Notes: generated from the letters alone by a model not told the origin. A stretch of 27,532 bases of DNA from Thermoleophilaceae bacterium (GCA_050694635.1 JBOGXT010000821.1:1-27532); one strand, 5' to 3'. Counted from the stretch's first letter, positions 1 to 13,181 are shown. Program-made: numbers and translations.

Positions 1-1
1 G

Positions 2-1489
2 CGCGAGGCGCTCGAGCGCGAGGGCGGCGGCTGGGGCGTCGACCGGCTGCGCGACGCCGGTCAGCTGGCGGGCAGCGCCGAGGCGCTCGAGCACTCCGAG
101 CGCTCGGAGCGCAACGAGCCGGTGCTCCGCACCCACGACCGCTACGGCAACCGGATCGACGAGGTCGAGCTCGACCCGTCGTGGCACTGGTGCCTGCGCC
201 AGGCGATCGAGCGCGAGATGCACTCGCTGCCTTGGCGCGATCCCCAGCCGGGCGCCCACGTAGTGCGCGCGGCGCTGTTCCTCGTCTGGAGCCAGGTCGG
301 CTCCGGGGTGATGTGCCCCGTGTCGATGACCTACGCGGCGATCCCGGCGCTGCGTGAGAGTCCCGAGCTGGCGGCCGAGTGGGAGCCGCGCCTGACCAGG
401 CCGAGCTACGCGGACGGGGCGCTGGCCGGCATGGCGATGACCGAGAAGCAGGGCGGCTCGGACGTGCGGGCGAACACGACACGGGCCCAGCCCGTCGGCG
501 ACGGCGTGTACGAGCTCACCGGCCACAAGTGGTTCTGCTCCTACCCGCCGTGCGACGTCTTCCTGACCCTGGCCCAGGCGCTCGGCGGCCTCTCGTGCTT
601 CCTGTTCGAGGGCCGCGACCCGGGCTTCCGCATCCAGCGCCTCAAGGACAAGCTCGGCACGCGCTCGCTGCCCTCGAGCGAGGTGGAGTTCCACGGCGTG
701 CGCGCCCGGCCCGTCGGCGAGGAGGGCCGCGGGGTGGCCACGATCATCCGCATGGTCAACCACACCCGGCTCGACTGCCTGCTCGGCTCTGCCGCCTCGA
801 TGCGCTGGGGGCTCGCGCAGGCGGTGCACCATGCGCGGCACCGCAGCGCCTTCGCGAACCTGCTCGCCGAGCAGCCGGCGATGCAGAACGTGCTGGCCGA
901 CCTGGCGATCGAATCCGAGGCCGCCACCGCGGCGGCGCTGCGGATCGCCCGCGCCTACGACGAGGACGACGACGCGTTCCGGCGCTTCGCGACGGCGGTC
1001 ATGAAGTACTGGGTCTGCAAGCGCGCCACGCCGCACGCGGCGGAGGCGCTCGAGTGCCTGGGCGGCAACGGCTACGTGGAGGAGTCGGGCATGCCGCGGC
1101 TGCTGCGCGACTCCCCGCTCAACTCGATCTGGGAGGGGTCGGGCAACGTGGCGGCGCTCGACGTGCTGCGCACCACCATCAAGGAGCCGGAGGGGCTGCC
1201 GGCGTTCATGGCCGAGTGCGAGCTGGCGCGCGGCGGCAACCGCCTGCTCGACGTCCACCTCGATCGGCTGGGCTCGGCCGCCGCGCCGGCCGAGCCTCAG
1301 TTCGAGGCGCGCCGCCTCGTGGAGCAGCTGGCGCTGGCGCTGCAGGCGAGCCTGCTGGTGCGCCACGCGCCGCCGGCGGTGGCCGACGCCTTCTGCGCGG
1401 GGCGGCTCGGGGAGGGTGGCCGCGCCTACGGGACGCTGCCGCCTGGCGTGGACGCCCGCGCGATCGTGGCACGGGCGATAGCGGGATGA
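2..1489 (+). CDS. AidB-like acyl-CoA dehydrogenase, 5' end outside window
   Basis: Frame is open from the window edge (REALEREGGGW...LRTHDRYGNRIDEV). Motifs MCPVSMTYA, GMAMTEKQGGSDVRANTT, GHKWF, RLKDKLG, EALECLGGNGYVEE and IWEGSGNV are typical of AidB-type acyl-CoA dehydrogenases. Confidence 0.92.
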   Translation, partial: REALEREGGGWGVDRLRDAGQLAGSAEALEHSERSERNEPVLRTHDRYGNRIDEVELDPSWHWCLRQAIEREMHSLPWRDPQPGAHVVRAALFLVWSQVGSGVMCPVSMTYAAIPALRESPELAAEWEPRLTRPSYADGALAGMAMTEKQGGSDVRANTTRAQPVGDGVYELTGHKWFCSYPPCDVFLTLAQALGGLSCFLFEGRDPGFRIQRLKDKLGTRSLPSSEVEFHGVRARPVGEEGRGVATIIRMVNHTRLDCLLGSAASMRWGLAQAVHHARHRSAFANLLAEQPAMQNVLADLAIESEAATAAALRIARAYDEDDDAFRRFATAVMKYWVCKRATPHAAEALECLGGNGYVEESGMPRLLRDSPLNSIWEGSGNVAALDVLRTTIKEPEGLPAFMAECELARGGNRLLDVHLDRLGSAAAPAEPQFEARRLVEQLALALQASLLVRHAPPAVADAFCAGRLGEGGRAYGTLPPGVDARAIVARAIAG

Positions 1490-1523
1490 GCCCGCACGCC
1501 ACGCCTGCGAAGGAGGCACCCGG

Positions 1524-2348
1524 ATGGAGACCCTGACCTACGAGGTCGGCGGGCGCGTCGCGCGCATCACGCTGAACCGGCCCGAGCGCGGCAACGGGAT
1601 CACGCTCGCCATGCCGCGCGAGCTGGCCGAGTGCGTCGAGCAAGCGAACCTCGACCCGGCCGTCCACGCGATCGCGCTCGCCGGCGCCGGCAAGGGCTTC
1701 TGCGGCGGCTACGACCTGGTGGAGTACGCCGAGCGCGGCGTGCTCCCCAACCACGACCCGAACGAGCCCTGGGACCCCGTGGTCGACTGGCAGATGATGA
1801 GCCGCAACCTGCGCGGATTCATGAGCCTGTTCCACTCGGACAAGCCGGTGGTCTGCAAGGTGCACGGCTTCTGCGTGGCGGGCGGGACCGACATGGCCCT
1901 GTGCTCCGACCTGCTCGTGATCGCCGACGACGCCCGCATCGGCTACCCGCCCGCCCGCGTCTGGGGCGTGCCGACCTCGGCGCTGTGGGCCTTCCGCGTC
2001 GGCGACCAGCGCGCCAAGCGGCTGCTGTTCACGGGCGACCTGATCGACGGCGCCACGGCGCTCGAGTGGGGCCTGGCCGTGGAGGCGCCGCCCGCGGCCG
2101 AGCTCGACGAGCGCTTCGAGGCGCTGCTCGAGCGAATCGCGCTCACCCCCGTGAACCAGCTCGTGATGATGAAGCTGCTGGTGAACCAGGCGCTGTTCGC
2201 GCAGGGCCTCCAGGCCACGCAGGCGCTCGGCGTCTTCTTCGACGGCGTCGCGCGCCACACCCCGGAGGGCTACGGGTTCGCACGCCGTGCGGCCGAAGCC
2301 GGGTTCAAGCAAGCCGTCCGCGAGCGCGACGCGCCCTACGACGGCTAG
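1524..2348 (+). CDS. Crotonase/enoyl-CoA hydratase family protein
   Basis: ITLNRPERGNGI, GFCGGYDL, KPVVCKVHGFCVAGGTDMALCSD, AKRLLFTGD; AAGGAGG SD at 1510-1516. Confidence 0.92.
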   Translation: METLTYEVGGRVARITLNRPERGNGITLAMPRELAECVEQANLDPAVHAIALAGAGKGFCGGYDLVEYAERGVLPNHDPNEPWDPVVDWQMMSRNLRGFMSLFHSDKPVVCKVHGFCVAGGTDMALCSDLLVIADDARIGYPPARVWGVPTSALWAFRVGDQRAKRLLFTGDLIDGATALEWGLAVEAPPAAELDERFEALLERIALTPVNQLVMMKLLVNQALFAQGLQATQALGVFFDGVARHTPEGYGFARRAAEAGFKQAVRERDAPYDG

Positions 2349-2349
2349 C

Positions 2350-2376
2350 GCAACTTTCAACTCGCGACCAGGTTGT
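2350..2376 (+). promoter_or_regulatory. Putative ECF-sigma promoter (GCAAC-N17-GTT), near-leaderless for the EEP gene
   Basis: GCAAC 2350-2354, GTT 2372-2374, ATG at 2383; no convincing SD. Confidence 0.4.
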
Positions 2377-2382
2377 GGGGCC

Positions 2383-3468
2383 ATGACCTCGTGGACTCGC
2401 CGCGCGCTGGCCTGCGCGCTCACGCTCATCCTCGTCCTCGCCCCAGCCGCGCTCGCAGAGGCGGCCAAGCGCAAGAAGCCCGTCGACGTGACGGTGATGA
2501 CGCGCAACATCTACCTGGGCGGCAACATCTTCCATCCGATCGGCTCCGCGGACCTGGCCGAGTTCGAGCGCAAGGCGGGTGAGCTGTGGGCGGAGGTCCA
2601 GGGCACGGACTTCGTCGGCACCCGCGCCCGGTTGCTGGCGCGCGAGGTGAAGCGCACGAGGCCCGACCTGATCGGCCTGCAGGAGGTGGCGCTATGGCGG
2701 CGCGGGCCCGACGGGGTCAAGGACGGCGCGGCCACGCCCGCCACCCAGGTCGTCTACAACTTCCTGAAGACGTTCCGGCGCCAGCTGAGGCGCCTGAGCC
2801 TGCGCTACGCCGTGGGCGTCACGCAGCAGGAGGCCAACATCGAGGCGCCAATCGACGCGGGTTACGACGTACGCCTCACGATGTTCGACGTGGTACTGGT
2901 GAAAAAGCGCCGTGACCTGCGCGTCACGGACCGCCTGAGCGAGAACTACGAGACGACGATTGGCGTTCCGACCCCGGCCGGCACGTTGACGAGCACGCGC
3001 GGCTACGCGGCGGTCGACGTCCGCTTCAAGGGAAAGCGCTTCCGCTTCGTCAACACCCACCTCGAGGCGGCCGGCGACGACATCCGCGAGGCGCAGGCCC
3101 GCGAGCTGGTCGCCCGCGGCGGTCCGCTGCGCGGCAAGCGCCAGCTGATCGTGGTCGGCGACTTCAACTCCGACCCGCAGGACGTGGAGTCCGACTCGGG
3201 CGCCTTCGACATCCTGAACGACTTCGGGCTGGTGGACACCTGGCCGCGGCCCCGCTTCGGCCCGGGGTTCTCGTGCTGCCTCAACCAGTCCGACGCGCGG
3301 GACCCGAACGACGACGGCTTCGACCACCGCATCGACCTCATCCTCGCGAAGCCGAAGCTGCGGGCGATCCGCGGGCAGGTCGTGGGCGACGAGTTGGACG
3401 ACCGGGCGGCGAACGGCCTGTGGCCGTCCGACCACGCCGGCGTGGTCACGAGGCTGCGGCTGCGCTGA
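2383..3468 (+). CDS. Secreted endonuclease/exonuclease/phosphatase (EEP) family protein
   Basis: Signal-peptide-like N-terminus (MTSWTRRALACALTLILVLAPAALAEA). EEP motifs VMTRNIY, DLIGLQEV, NTHLE, GDFNS, RIDLI, SDHAGV. Start moved from 2287 to ATG 2383. Confidence 0.85.
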   Translation: MTSWTRRALACALTLILVLAPAALAEAAKRKKPVDVTVMTRNIYLGGNIFHPIGSADLAEFERKAGELWAEVQGTDFVGTRARLLAREVKRTRPDLIGLQEVALWRRGPDGVKDGAATPATQVVYNFLKTFRRQLRRLSLRYAVGVTQQEANIEAPIDAGYDVRLTMFDVVLVKKRRDLRVTDRLSENYETTIGVPTPAGTLTSTRGYAAVDVRFKGKRFRFVNTHLEAAGDDIREAQARELVARGGPLRGKRQLIVVGDFNSDPQDVESDSGAFDILNDFGLVDTWPRPRFGPGFSCCLNQSDARDPNDDGFDHRIDLILAKPKLRAIRGQVVGDELDDRAANGLWPSDHAGVVTRLRLR

Positions 3469-3477
3469 GGCTGCGTC

Positions 3478-3864
3478 TCAGTCGTCGAACCGGCCCGCGA
3501 ACAGGCCGAAGATCGCGCCCTGCGGATCCTGGACGACCAGGATGCGCCCGCCCGGCACGTCCATCGGAGGCTCCGCCATCAGGCTGCCCCCGACGTCCGT
3601 GGCCGTGGCGGCCGTCGAGTCGGCGCTCTCGACCGTCACGTACGAGTTCCAAGAGGTCGGCATCCCGGGCTGGGCGGAGAACAGCGCGGCGACCTCCTTC
3701 CCGTCCCGGAGCAGCATCGTGTAGACGCCGTCCTCGGGGATCGGCCGGTCGTCGTGATCCCAGCCGAACAGTCCGGTATAGAAGCGCTTGGCGGCGTCCG
3801 TGTCGGTCGTCGACAGGTCGGTCCAGCTGAAGGTCCCTGGGGTGTGGCTCGTGCGGTCGCCCTG
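3478..3864 (-). CDS. VOC/glyoxalase family protein; start codon apparently defective (possible pseudogene)
   Basis: Frame extends upstream of the track ORF: (Q)GDRTSHTPGTFSWTDLSTTDTDAAKRFYTGLFGW...WNSYVTVES...QDPQGAIFGL. No ATG/GTG/TTG lies at the expected N-terminus. Confidence 0.75.
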   Translation of the reverse strand, partial: QGDRTSHTPGTFSWTDLSTTDTDAAKRFYTGLFGWDHDDRPIPEDGVYTMLLRDGKEVAALFSAQPGMPTSWNSYVTVESADSTAATATDVGGSLMAEPPMDVPGGRILVVQDPQGAIFGLFAGRFDD

Positions 3865-3871
3865 GCCCGCG

Positions 3872-3877
3872 AGCCTA
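3872..3877 (-). promoter_or_regulatory. Putative -10 element TAGGCT (leaderless type) for the VOC gene
   Basis: TAGGCT overlaps the APC stop codon, 8 nt before AG|GGC GAC; same geometry as TAGGCT-N8-ATG at the wecA-like gene. Confidence 0.45.
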
Positions 3878-5221
3878 TCGCGCGATCCGGTTCACGAGCC
3901 AGAGCCCGGCGCCCACGGCCAGCAGCGCCCCGGCGCGGCCGAAGGTGGCGAGATCGTCGAGCGCGGTGTCGACGATCAGCGCCACGGACACGATCGCGCC
4001 GAGCACCGGGAAGATCGCCGGAGCGTGGAAATGGTCGTGCTCGACCTCCTCGCGGCGCAGCACCAGTACCGACGCGTTCACGATCGTGAACACGAACAGC
4101 AGCAGGAGGACCGTGGTGTTCGCCAGCGACTCGAGGTCGCCGGTCGAGACCAGGATCACGGCGATCGCGGTGGTGAACGCGATCGCCACGAACGGCGTGC
4201 GGCGCCCGGGCAGCACGCGTCCGAACACGCCGGTGACGATCCCCTGCTCGGCCATCCCGTAGACGATCCGCGAGGCCATGATCATGTTGATTAGCGCGCT
4301 GTTGGACACCGCCATCAGGGCGATGAACGAGAAGAGCTCGGTGGAGATGCCGAGCGGGCCGACCTCCACCACCTCCAGCAGCGGGGCGTCCGAACCGCTC
4401 AGCCGGTCGGTCGGCACCACATAGGACGCGGTCAGCGTGACGAGCAGATAGAGGATACCGGCGACCGCGATCCCGATGAACAGCGCGCGCGGGAAGGTGC
4501 GGCTCGGCGCCTTCGTCTCCTCCGCGACGTTCACGGAGTCCTCGAAGCCGATCATGGCGTAGAAGGCGAGGGCCGTGCCGCCCACGATCGCGAGGAATGC
4601 GCTCTCGCCCTCCTTGAACTCGAAGTTGCGCGAGAAGTCGCCCGAGCCCTCGCCCAGGGCGGCCACGCCGATCGTGACGATGAGGATCAGGCCGACGACC
4701 TCGATCGCCGTCAGGACCACGTTGACCTGCACGGACTCGGAGATGCCGCGGAGGTTGATGGCGGCCAGGATCAGGATCAGGGCGATGGCGGCGAGCACGA
4801 GCGGGAGGTCGACGAACTCGCCGAGGTAGTCGCCGGCGAAGGCGCGCGCGAGCGTGCTGGCGGACGCGATGCCGGACGACATGACCGCGAACGCGACGAC
4901 GAACGTGAAGAACGGCGCCCGGAAGGCCCGGTGGGTGTAGAGGGCGGCGCCGGCCGCGCGCGGGTACTTGGAGACGAGCTCGGCGTAGGCGAAGGCCGTG
5001 AAGAGGGCGAGCACGAAGGCGGCGAGGAAGCTCGTCCAGATCGCCCCACCGACCTCGGCGCCGACCTCGCCGACCAGCGCGTAGATGCCGGCGCCGAGAA
5101 TGTCGCCGACGATGAAGACGGTAAGGACACGCGGCCCGATGGCCCGTCGAAGACGGGTGTCGACCTCGCCGCCCGTCCCGCCTGAGCGCCGCTCGCCGGC
5201 CCCGGTCGCCGCCGCGTCCAT
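3875..5221 (-). CDS. APC-family amino acid permease
   Basis: GDILGAGIY, YAELVSKYPRAAG, FYAMIGFED and many hydrophobic segments. Confidence 0.92.
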   Translation of the reverse strand: MDAAATGAGERRSGGTGGEVDTRLRRAIGPRVLTVFIVGDILGAGIYALVGEVGAEVGGAIWTSFLAAFVLALFTAFAYAELVSKYPRAAGAALYTHRAFRAPFFTFVVAFAVMSSGIASASTLARAFAGDYLGEFVDLPLVLAAIALILILAAINLRGISESVQVNVVLTAIEVVGLILIVTIGVAALGEGSGDFSRNFEFKEGESAFLAIVGGTALAFYAMIGFEDSVNVAEETKAPSRTFPRALFIGIAVAGILYLLVTLTASYVVPTDRLSGSDAPLLEVVEVGPLGISTELFSFIALMAVSNSALINMIMASRIVYGMAEQGIVTGVFGRVLPGRRTPFVAIAFTTAIAVILVSTGDLESLANTTVLLLLFVFTIVNASVLVLRREEVEHDHFHAPAIFPVLGAIVSVALIVDTALDDLATFGRAGALLAVGAGLWLVNRIAR

Positions 5222-5230
5222 GCGAACCGC

Positions 5231-5256
5231 TTGCCCGAGGGACGGGCGCCGAAACC
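5231..5256 (-). promoter_or_regulatory. Putative SigB/SigF-family promoter GGTTT-N15-GGGCAA
   Basis: Minus strand GGTTT (5256-5252), 15 nt, GGGCAA (5236-5231), 9 nt, ATG of the APC permease; no SD. Confidence 0.5.
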
Positions 5257-5353
5257 ACGGCCATGGACTCGCCGCGCGAGCGACGGCGAGGCCGAGTGCT
5301 CGTCGGGGCGGGTCTTCAGCGGCCGAAGCGGCCGGCGGGGACGATCAGGCGAG

Positions 5354-6059
5354 TCACTCGCGCTCCAAGACGACCAGCACGTGCCATGACCAGGGGCGGG
5401 CGCCGGGCAGGTGGCGCCAGGCGAGCGCGTCGAGGCCCTGCAGCTGCGGGTGGACGCGATGGCCCAGCGCCCGGCTCAGGGCTTCGAAGAAGTAGAAGCT
5501 GGGATAGCCGAGCTCGAGCGAGTCGAAGGTTCGCTCGAGGGTCTCGAAGTCGGCGCGGGTCAGCGGGTGCTCATCCGGGGTGCCTACCCAGTTGAGCCGA
5601 CGCGCGCCCCAGAGATGCCGTCGGGCCGAGCGCAGCAGCGGGTTGCGGTCCTGGTTCTCGAAGAAGACCGCGCGGCCGCCCGGGCGAAGCACGCGGTGGA
5701 TCTCGTCGGCGGCCTCGGCCACGTCCACATGGTGCAGCACCCACTTGCCCACGACCCGGTCGAACGACGCGTCGGGCAGGCCGGTCCGCTCGGCGGCGGC
5801 CGTGAGGAAGCGCGCCTCGGCGCCGGCCCGGGCGCGGGCGAGCTCCACCATGCCCGGCGACACGTCGAGCGCGGTCAGGCGCGCCCCGCGACGCAGCAAC
5901 TCGAGCGACAGGTCGCCTGCCCCGCAGCCCAGCTCGAGTACGTGCAGGCCGTCGACCGGCCCGAGGGCGGCCAGCAGGGCGGTGTCATAGCGATCGGGGG
6001 GTCGCTCGTCCGGCGACCGGCGGGACGCCTCGGCGTCGTAGAACGCGCCCTCGCGCCGG

Positions 6060-6070
<11 letters not shown>
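5354..6070 (-). CDS. Class I SAM-dependent methyltransferase; true start unresolved (no canonical start upstream of the SAM motif)
   Basis: In-frame extension beyond the track start 5899 contains motif I VLELGCGAGD and N-terminal REGAFYD; downstream LDVSPGM, SFDRV, LHHV, RVLRPGG. Confidence 0.75.
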
Positions 6071-7923
<1,853 letters not shown>

Positions 7924-8835
7924 CTATCGAAGTCCCTCTGCGCCCGCCACGACCTCCATGATCTCCTGCGTGATCTCCGCCTGGCGCTGGCGGTTTGCCT
8001 CGAGCGTGAGGTTGTCGATCATCTCGGCGGCGTTGTCCGAGGCGCTGCGCATGGCGCTCATCCGAGCGCCGTGCTCGGACGCCGTCGACTCGAGCAGCGC
8101 CCGGTAGATCGAGATCTCCACGTAGTCGGGGACGAGCCGGGCGAGGATCTCCTCGGGGTCCGGCTCGTAGATCCAGAGCGCGCGCGAATCGCGCTCCGCG
8201 GATTCGCCGCCCTCCCCCTCCTCCTCGCCCTCCTCGCCCAGCACGTCCGCCTGCTGCAGCGGCAGCAGCGTCTCGTGGCGGACCTCCTGGTTGACCGCGG
8301 AGATGTAGCCGTTGTAGACGATCTCGACGCGGTCCACCTTGTCGTCGACGTAGGCGGAGGTGAGGCCGTCGGCGATCGCGCGCGCGTCGGAGAAGGCGGG
8401 CCGGTCCGTGAAGCCGGTCCAGCTGCCGCCGATCTCGAGCTGGCGGAACTCGAGCGAGGACAGGCCGCGCCGGCCCGAGGCGTACCAGAGCACCTGCTTG
8501 CCGTCGGAGCGCAGCTCGGCGGCGCGCCGGTTGCCGGCGCGCATGATCTGTGAGTTGAAGGGCCCGGCCAGCCCGCGGTCGCCGGTCACGAGCAGGATGC
8601 CGACCGTGGAGACGTTCTCCTTCTCCTCGAGAATCGGCAGGCTGGGGATGTTCTCGGCGGCCTGCGAGGCGCGTGAGGTCATCCGCCGGATGGCGTCCGC
8701 GTACGGGCGCAGGTGCTCGATCCGCTGCTCGGCGCGCCGCAGCCGCGCGGCGGAGATCATCTCCATCGCGCGCGTGATCTTGCGGATGTTCTTGACCGAG
8801 CCGATGCGCCCGCGGATGTCCTTCAGAGACGCCAT
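7924..8835 (-). CDS. atpG: F1 ATP synthase gamma subunit
   Basis: KITRAMEMISAARL, DRGLAGPFN, ASEHGARMSAM, RQAEITQEI. Confidence 0.98.
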   Translation of the reverse strand: MASLKDIRGRIGSVKNIRKITRAMEMISAARLRRAEQRIEHLRPYADAIRRMTSRASQAAENIPSLPILEEKENVSTVGILLVTGDRGLAGPFNSQIMRAGNRRAAELRSDGKQVLWYASGRRGLSSLEFRQLEIGGSWTGFTDRPAFSDARAIADGLTSAYVDDKVDRVEIVYNGYISAVNQEVRHETLLPLQQADVLGEEGEEEGEGGESAERDSRALWIYEPDPEEILARLVPDYVEISIYRALLESTASEHGARMSAMRSASDNAAEMIDNLTLEANRQRQAEITQEIMEVVAGAEGLR

Positions 8836-8841
8836 GGAGCG

Positions 8842-10503
<1,662 letters not shown>

Positions 10504-10512
10504 TACGTCTCC

Positions 10513-11046
10513 TTAGGCGGCCTTGGCCACTTGCTTTCGAAGTTGTTCGAGGCGGTTGCGCACCGTCGCGTCGAGCACCATGTTGCCGACACGCACCTGG
10601 AGCCCGCCGAGCACGTCGGGGTCAACGCTCGAGGAGAGGTCCACCCGGCGACCGGTCTGCTCCTCGATCCGCTCCCCGATGCTATTCACGAGCTCCTTGT
10701 CGAGCTCGACCGCGCTGGTCACGGTCACCGGCAGCAGCCTGTTCTCCTCGGCCCACATCGAGTCGAAGCTGCGCCGGATGCGAAACAGCGCCGGCATCCG
10801 GTGGCGCTCGGCCAACAGCTCCAGGAAGTTCACGAGGCGCTCGTCGGCGTCGCTCACGATTCGCGTGACGCCGTCCTTCTTCTCCTCGCTCGAGAAGTAG
10901 GGGGAGAACAGGAAGACCTGGAGGTTGCGGTCCTCGGCGAGGGCGTCGGCGAACTGGCCGACCTCGTCGTGCACCCGGTCGAGGACGTCCCGCTCCTTGG
11001 CGACCTCGAACAGAGCGCGCGCGTAGACGTCAGCGATCTCTTCCAT
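10513..11046 (-). CDS. atpH: F1 ATP synthase delta subunit
   Basis: YARALF, NFLELLAE, VDPDVLGGL; operon position. Confidence 0.95.
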   Translation of the reverse strand: MEEIADVYARALFEVAKERDVLDRVHDEVGQFADALAEDRNLQVFLFSPYFSSEEKKDGVTRIVSDADERLVNFLELLAERHRMPALFRIRRSFDSMWAEENRLLPVTVTSAVELDKELVNSIGERIEEQTGRRVDLSSSVDPDVLGGLQVRVGNMVLDATVRNRLEQLRKQVAKAA

Positions 11047-11596
11047 TTCCCTCCCGCCCGGCCAGCGCCGAGAAGTCGACCTCGCGCAGGGCTTCCTCGA
11101 TCAGACGCCGGTGGTCGTCCGACGTGAGCGACTTGCGCGTGACCTTCTCGGTGGCGATCACCGTGAGGTTGGCGACCTCCTTGCGGATCTCGTCGAGCGC
11201 GCGGCGCGTCTCGGCCTCGATGTCGCGCCGCGTCGCGGCCAGCAGCTCCTCGCGCTGCTGCGTGGCGTCCGCCTTCGACTGGTCGGCGAGCGAGTCGGCC
11301 GCCTTGCGCGCGCGGGAGACGATGTCCTCGGACTGCTCGCGCGCCTCCCTGAGGCGGGCGCGGTACTCCTCGAGCAGCTCGTCGGCCTCGCGCTTGGTGC
11401 GCTCGGCATGGTCGATCGACTCGGCGATCGCCTTGCTGCGCTTGTCGAGCGCGTCCGAGATGCGCGGGAAGACGAACTTGTTGAGGATCAGCAGCGTCGC
11501 GCCGAACAGCAGCAGCGTCCAGATCATCAACCCCAGACTGGGGCTGACCAGGAAGCTGCCGCCCCCGCTTTCCTCGGCTGCGAGCAGGAAGGCCAT
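11030..11596 (-). CDS. atpF: Fo ATP synthase b subunit
   Basis: N-terminal TM (GLMIWTLLLF...KFVFP) followed by a coiled coil; operon position. Confidence 0.95.
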   Translation of the reverse strand: MAFLLAAEESGGGSFLVSPSLGLMIWTLLLFGATLLILNKFVFPRISDALDKRSKAIAESIDHAERTKREADELLEEYRARLREAREQSEDIVSRARKAADSLADQSKADATQQREELLAATRRDIEAETRRALDEIRKEVANLTVIATEKVTRKSLTSDDHRRLIEEALREVDFSALAGREGNGRDR

Positions 11597-11597
11597 C

Positions 11598-11870
11598 TCA
11601 GAGGAAGAAGGCGATCAGGCCGAAGATGAACGTGTAGAACGCGACGGCCTCGGTGAGCGCGAAGCCGAGCCACTGGATGCTCGTGATCTCCTCGCGCATC
11701 TCCGGCTGGCGGGTGACCGACTCGATCACCTTGCCGAAGATGATCCCGATGCCGATGCCGGCGCCGATCGAGCCGAGCCCGGCGCCGATCCCGAGCGCGA
11801 TCGCCTTCAGCCCGTCGTCGGTGACGCCCTGTTGGGCCTGGGCGATTGGGAACAGCAGCAGGTCGAGCAT
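11598..11870 (-). CDS. atpE: Fo ATP synthase c subunit (H+-type)
   Basis: GAGIGIG, RQPE loop, carboxylate in LTEAV, no Na+-binding signature. Start moved to ATG 11870 behind AAGGAGG. Confidence 0.96.
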   Translation of the reverse strand: MLDLLLFPIAQAQQGVTDDGLKAIALGIGAGLGSIGAGIGIGIIFGKVIESVTRQPEMREEITSIQWLGFALTEAVAFYTFIFGLIAFFL

Positions 11871-11886
11871 TGATGAGCCTCCTTCG

Positions 11887-12789
11887 TCAATGACCTTCGG
11901 CGGCGGTGGCCTCACCGAAGTAGATGGATGTGAGCGTGGCGAAGATGAACGCCTGCAGCGTGGCGACCAGAACCACCTCGAAGATGAAGAACACGAGTGC
12001 GAGCGGGAACGTCACCCAGCCGAGCGCGGCCAGGCCGAGGATCACGCCGAGCCCGCCGCCCATGAAGAGGATCAGCAGGTGGCCGGCCAGGATGTTCGCG
12101 AAGAGTCGCACCGACAGCGAGATGATCCGGACGAGCTGGGAGATCGCCTCGATCACGAACAGCGCCGGGCGCATGAAGCTCGGCGTGCCGCTGGGGATCC
12201 AGCCGCGGAAGTAGGGCATGAAGCCCTTCGCCCGCACGCCCTCGACCTGGTACGAGAACCAGACGATCAGCGTCAGCACCAGCGGGATCGACAGGTTGGC
12301 GGTGGCCGCGTAGATGGCGAAGGTCGGGAAGTCGATCCCGAAGACGTCCACCGTCTCGTGCGTGTTGGTCGGAAGCGGGATGTAGCCGACCAGGTTCGAG
12401 ATCCAGATGAAGAAGAAGAGCGTGGCCACGAACGGGAACCACTTCCTGCTCATCTCGGACGACATGTTGCCGCGCGTGATCGTGTTGTAGGTGAGGTTGT
12501 AGAGCGTCTCGACCGCGGTCTGGACGCGGTTCGGACGCTGCTGCATGCGCCTCGCCACGTACACCATCGCCCCGGTGGTGAGCACGCAGGCGATGAAGAG
12601 GTAGAAGACGGCGCGGTTGATGCTCAGGTCGAGCCCGCCGATCTTCAGCTCGACCCAGGGCTCGAGGCGGAACTCCTCCTGGGGCTGGAACTCGTCGTTC
12701 TCGCCCTCGCTGCCGAACAGGACGTAGAGCAGGATGATGCCGGCGAAGTAGACGCCGGCCCCGGTCAGCAGCAGGCGCTTGACGTTCAC
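11887..12789 (-). CDS. atpB: Fo ATP synthase a subunit
   Basis: SLSVRLFANILAGH, LQAFIFATLTSIY. Confidence 0.97.
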   Translation of the reverse strand: MNVKRLLLTGAGVYFAGIILLYVLFGSEGENDEFQPQEEFRLEPWVELKIGGLDLSINRAVFYLFIACVLTTGAMVYVARRMQQRPNRVQTAVETLYNLTYNTITRGNMSSEMSRKWFPFVATLFFFIWISNLVGYIPLPTNTHETVDVFGIDFPTFAIYAATANLSIPLVLTLIVWFSYQVEGVRAKGFMPYFRGWIPSGTPSFMRPALFVIEAISQLVRIISLSVRLFANILAGHLLILFMGGGLGVILGLAALGWVTFPLALVFFIFEVVLVATLQAFIFATLTSIYFGEATAAEGH

Positions 12790-13181
12790 GCCGTCCCGCT
12801 CTCCATGCTGCGGGACACGATGTATGCGGTGAACCAGACGTGGAACGTCACGGCCGTGAGGATCGCCGCGGGCAGGCCCGCGTCGCGATCGATCAGGCCG
12901 ACCGCGAGCACGGCGAGCGCGAGGAACCAGACCCTCCCGATCAGGCTCACGCTCATGAGCCCGACGGCCGAGCGCGGGTTGCCGGACGACTCCGCGCGGC
13001 GCAGGAAGAAGGACTGGACGCCGCGCTGGAGCAGCCAGGCCCCGGTGACGCCCGCCCAGCCGAAGAGCGGCAGATCCGCGGCGACGAAGATGGGCAACGC
13101 GGCCGCGAGCACGGCAAGGTCGACGTACCGCAACATGCGCAGCGGCATGGGACCGGATGCTTTCAGAGCGTGCGTCGTCAA
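12786..13181 (-). CDS. AtpI-like membrane protein
   Basis: About 4 hydrophobic segments, GTGA overlap with atpB; TTG start at 13181 preceded by GGGAGA. Confidence 0.7.
   Translation of the reverse strand: MTTHALKASGPMPLRMLRYVDLAVLAAALPIFVAADLPLFGWAGVTGAWLLQRGVQSFFLRRAESSGNPRSAVGLMSVSLIGRVWFLALAVLAVGLIDRDAGLPAAILTAVTFHVWFTAYIVSRSMESGTA

Noticed and set aside
5263..5340. Terminator or ncRNA between the methyltransferase and the APC permease
   Set aside because: Only short GC stems (e.g. CTCGCCG/CGGCGAG) with no U-tract or recognisable RNA family.
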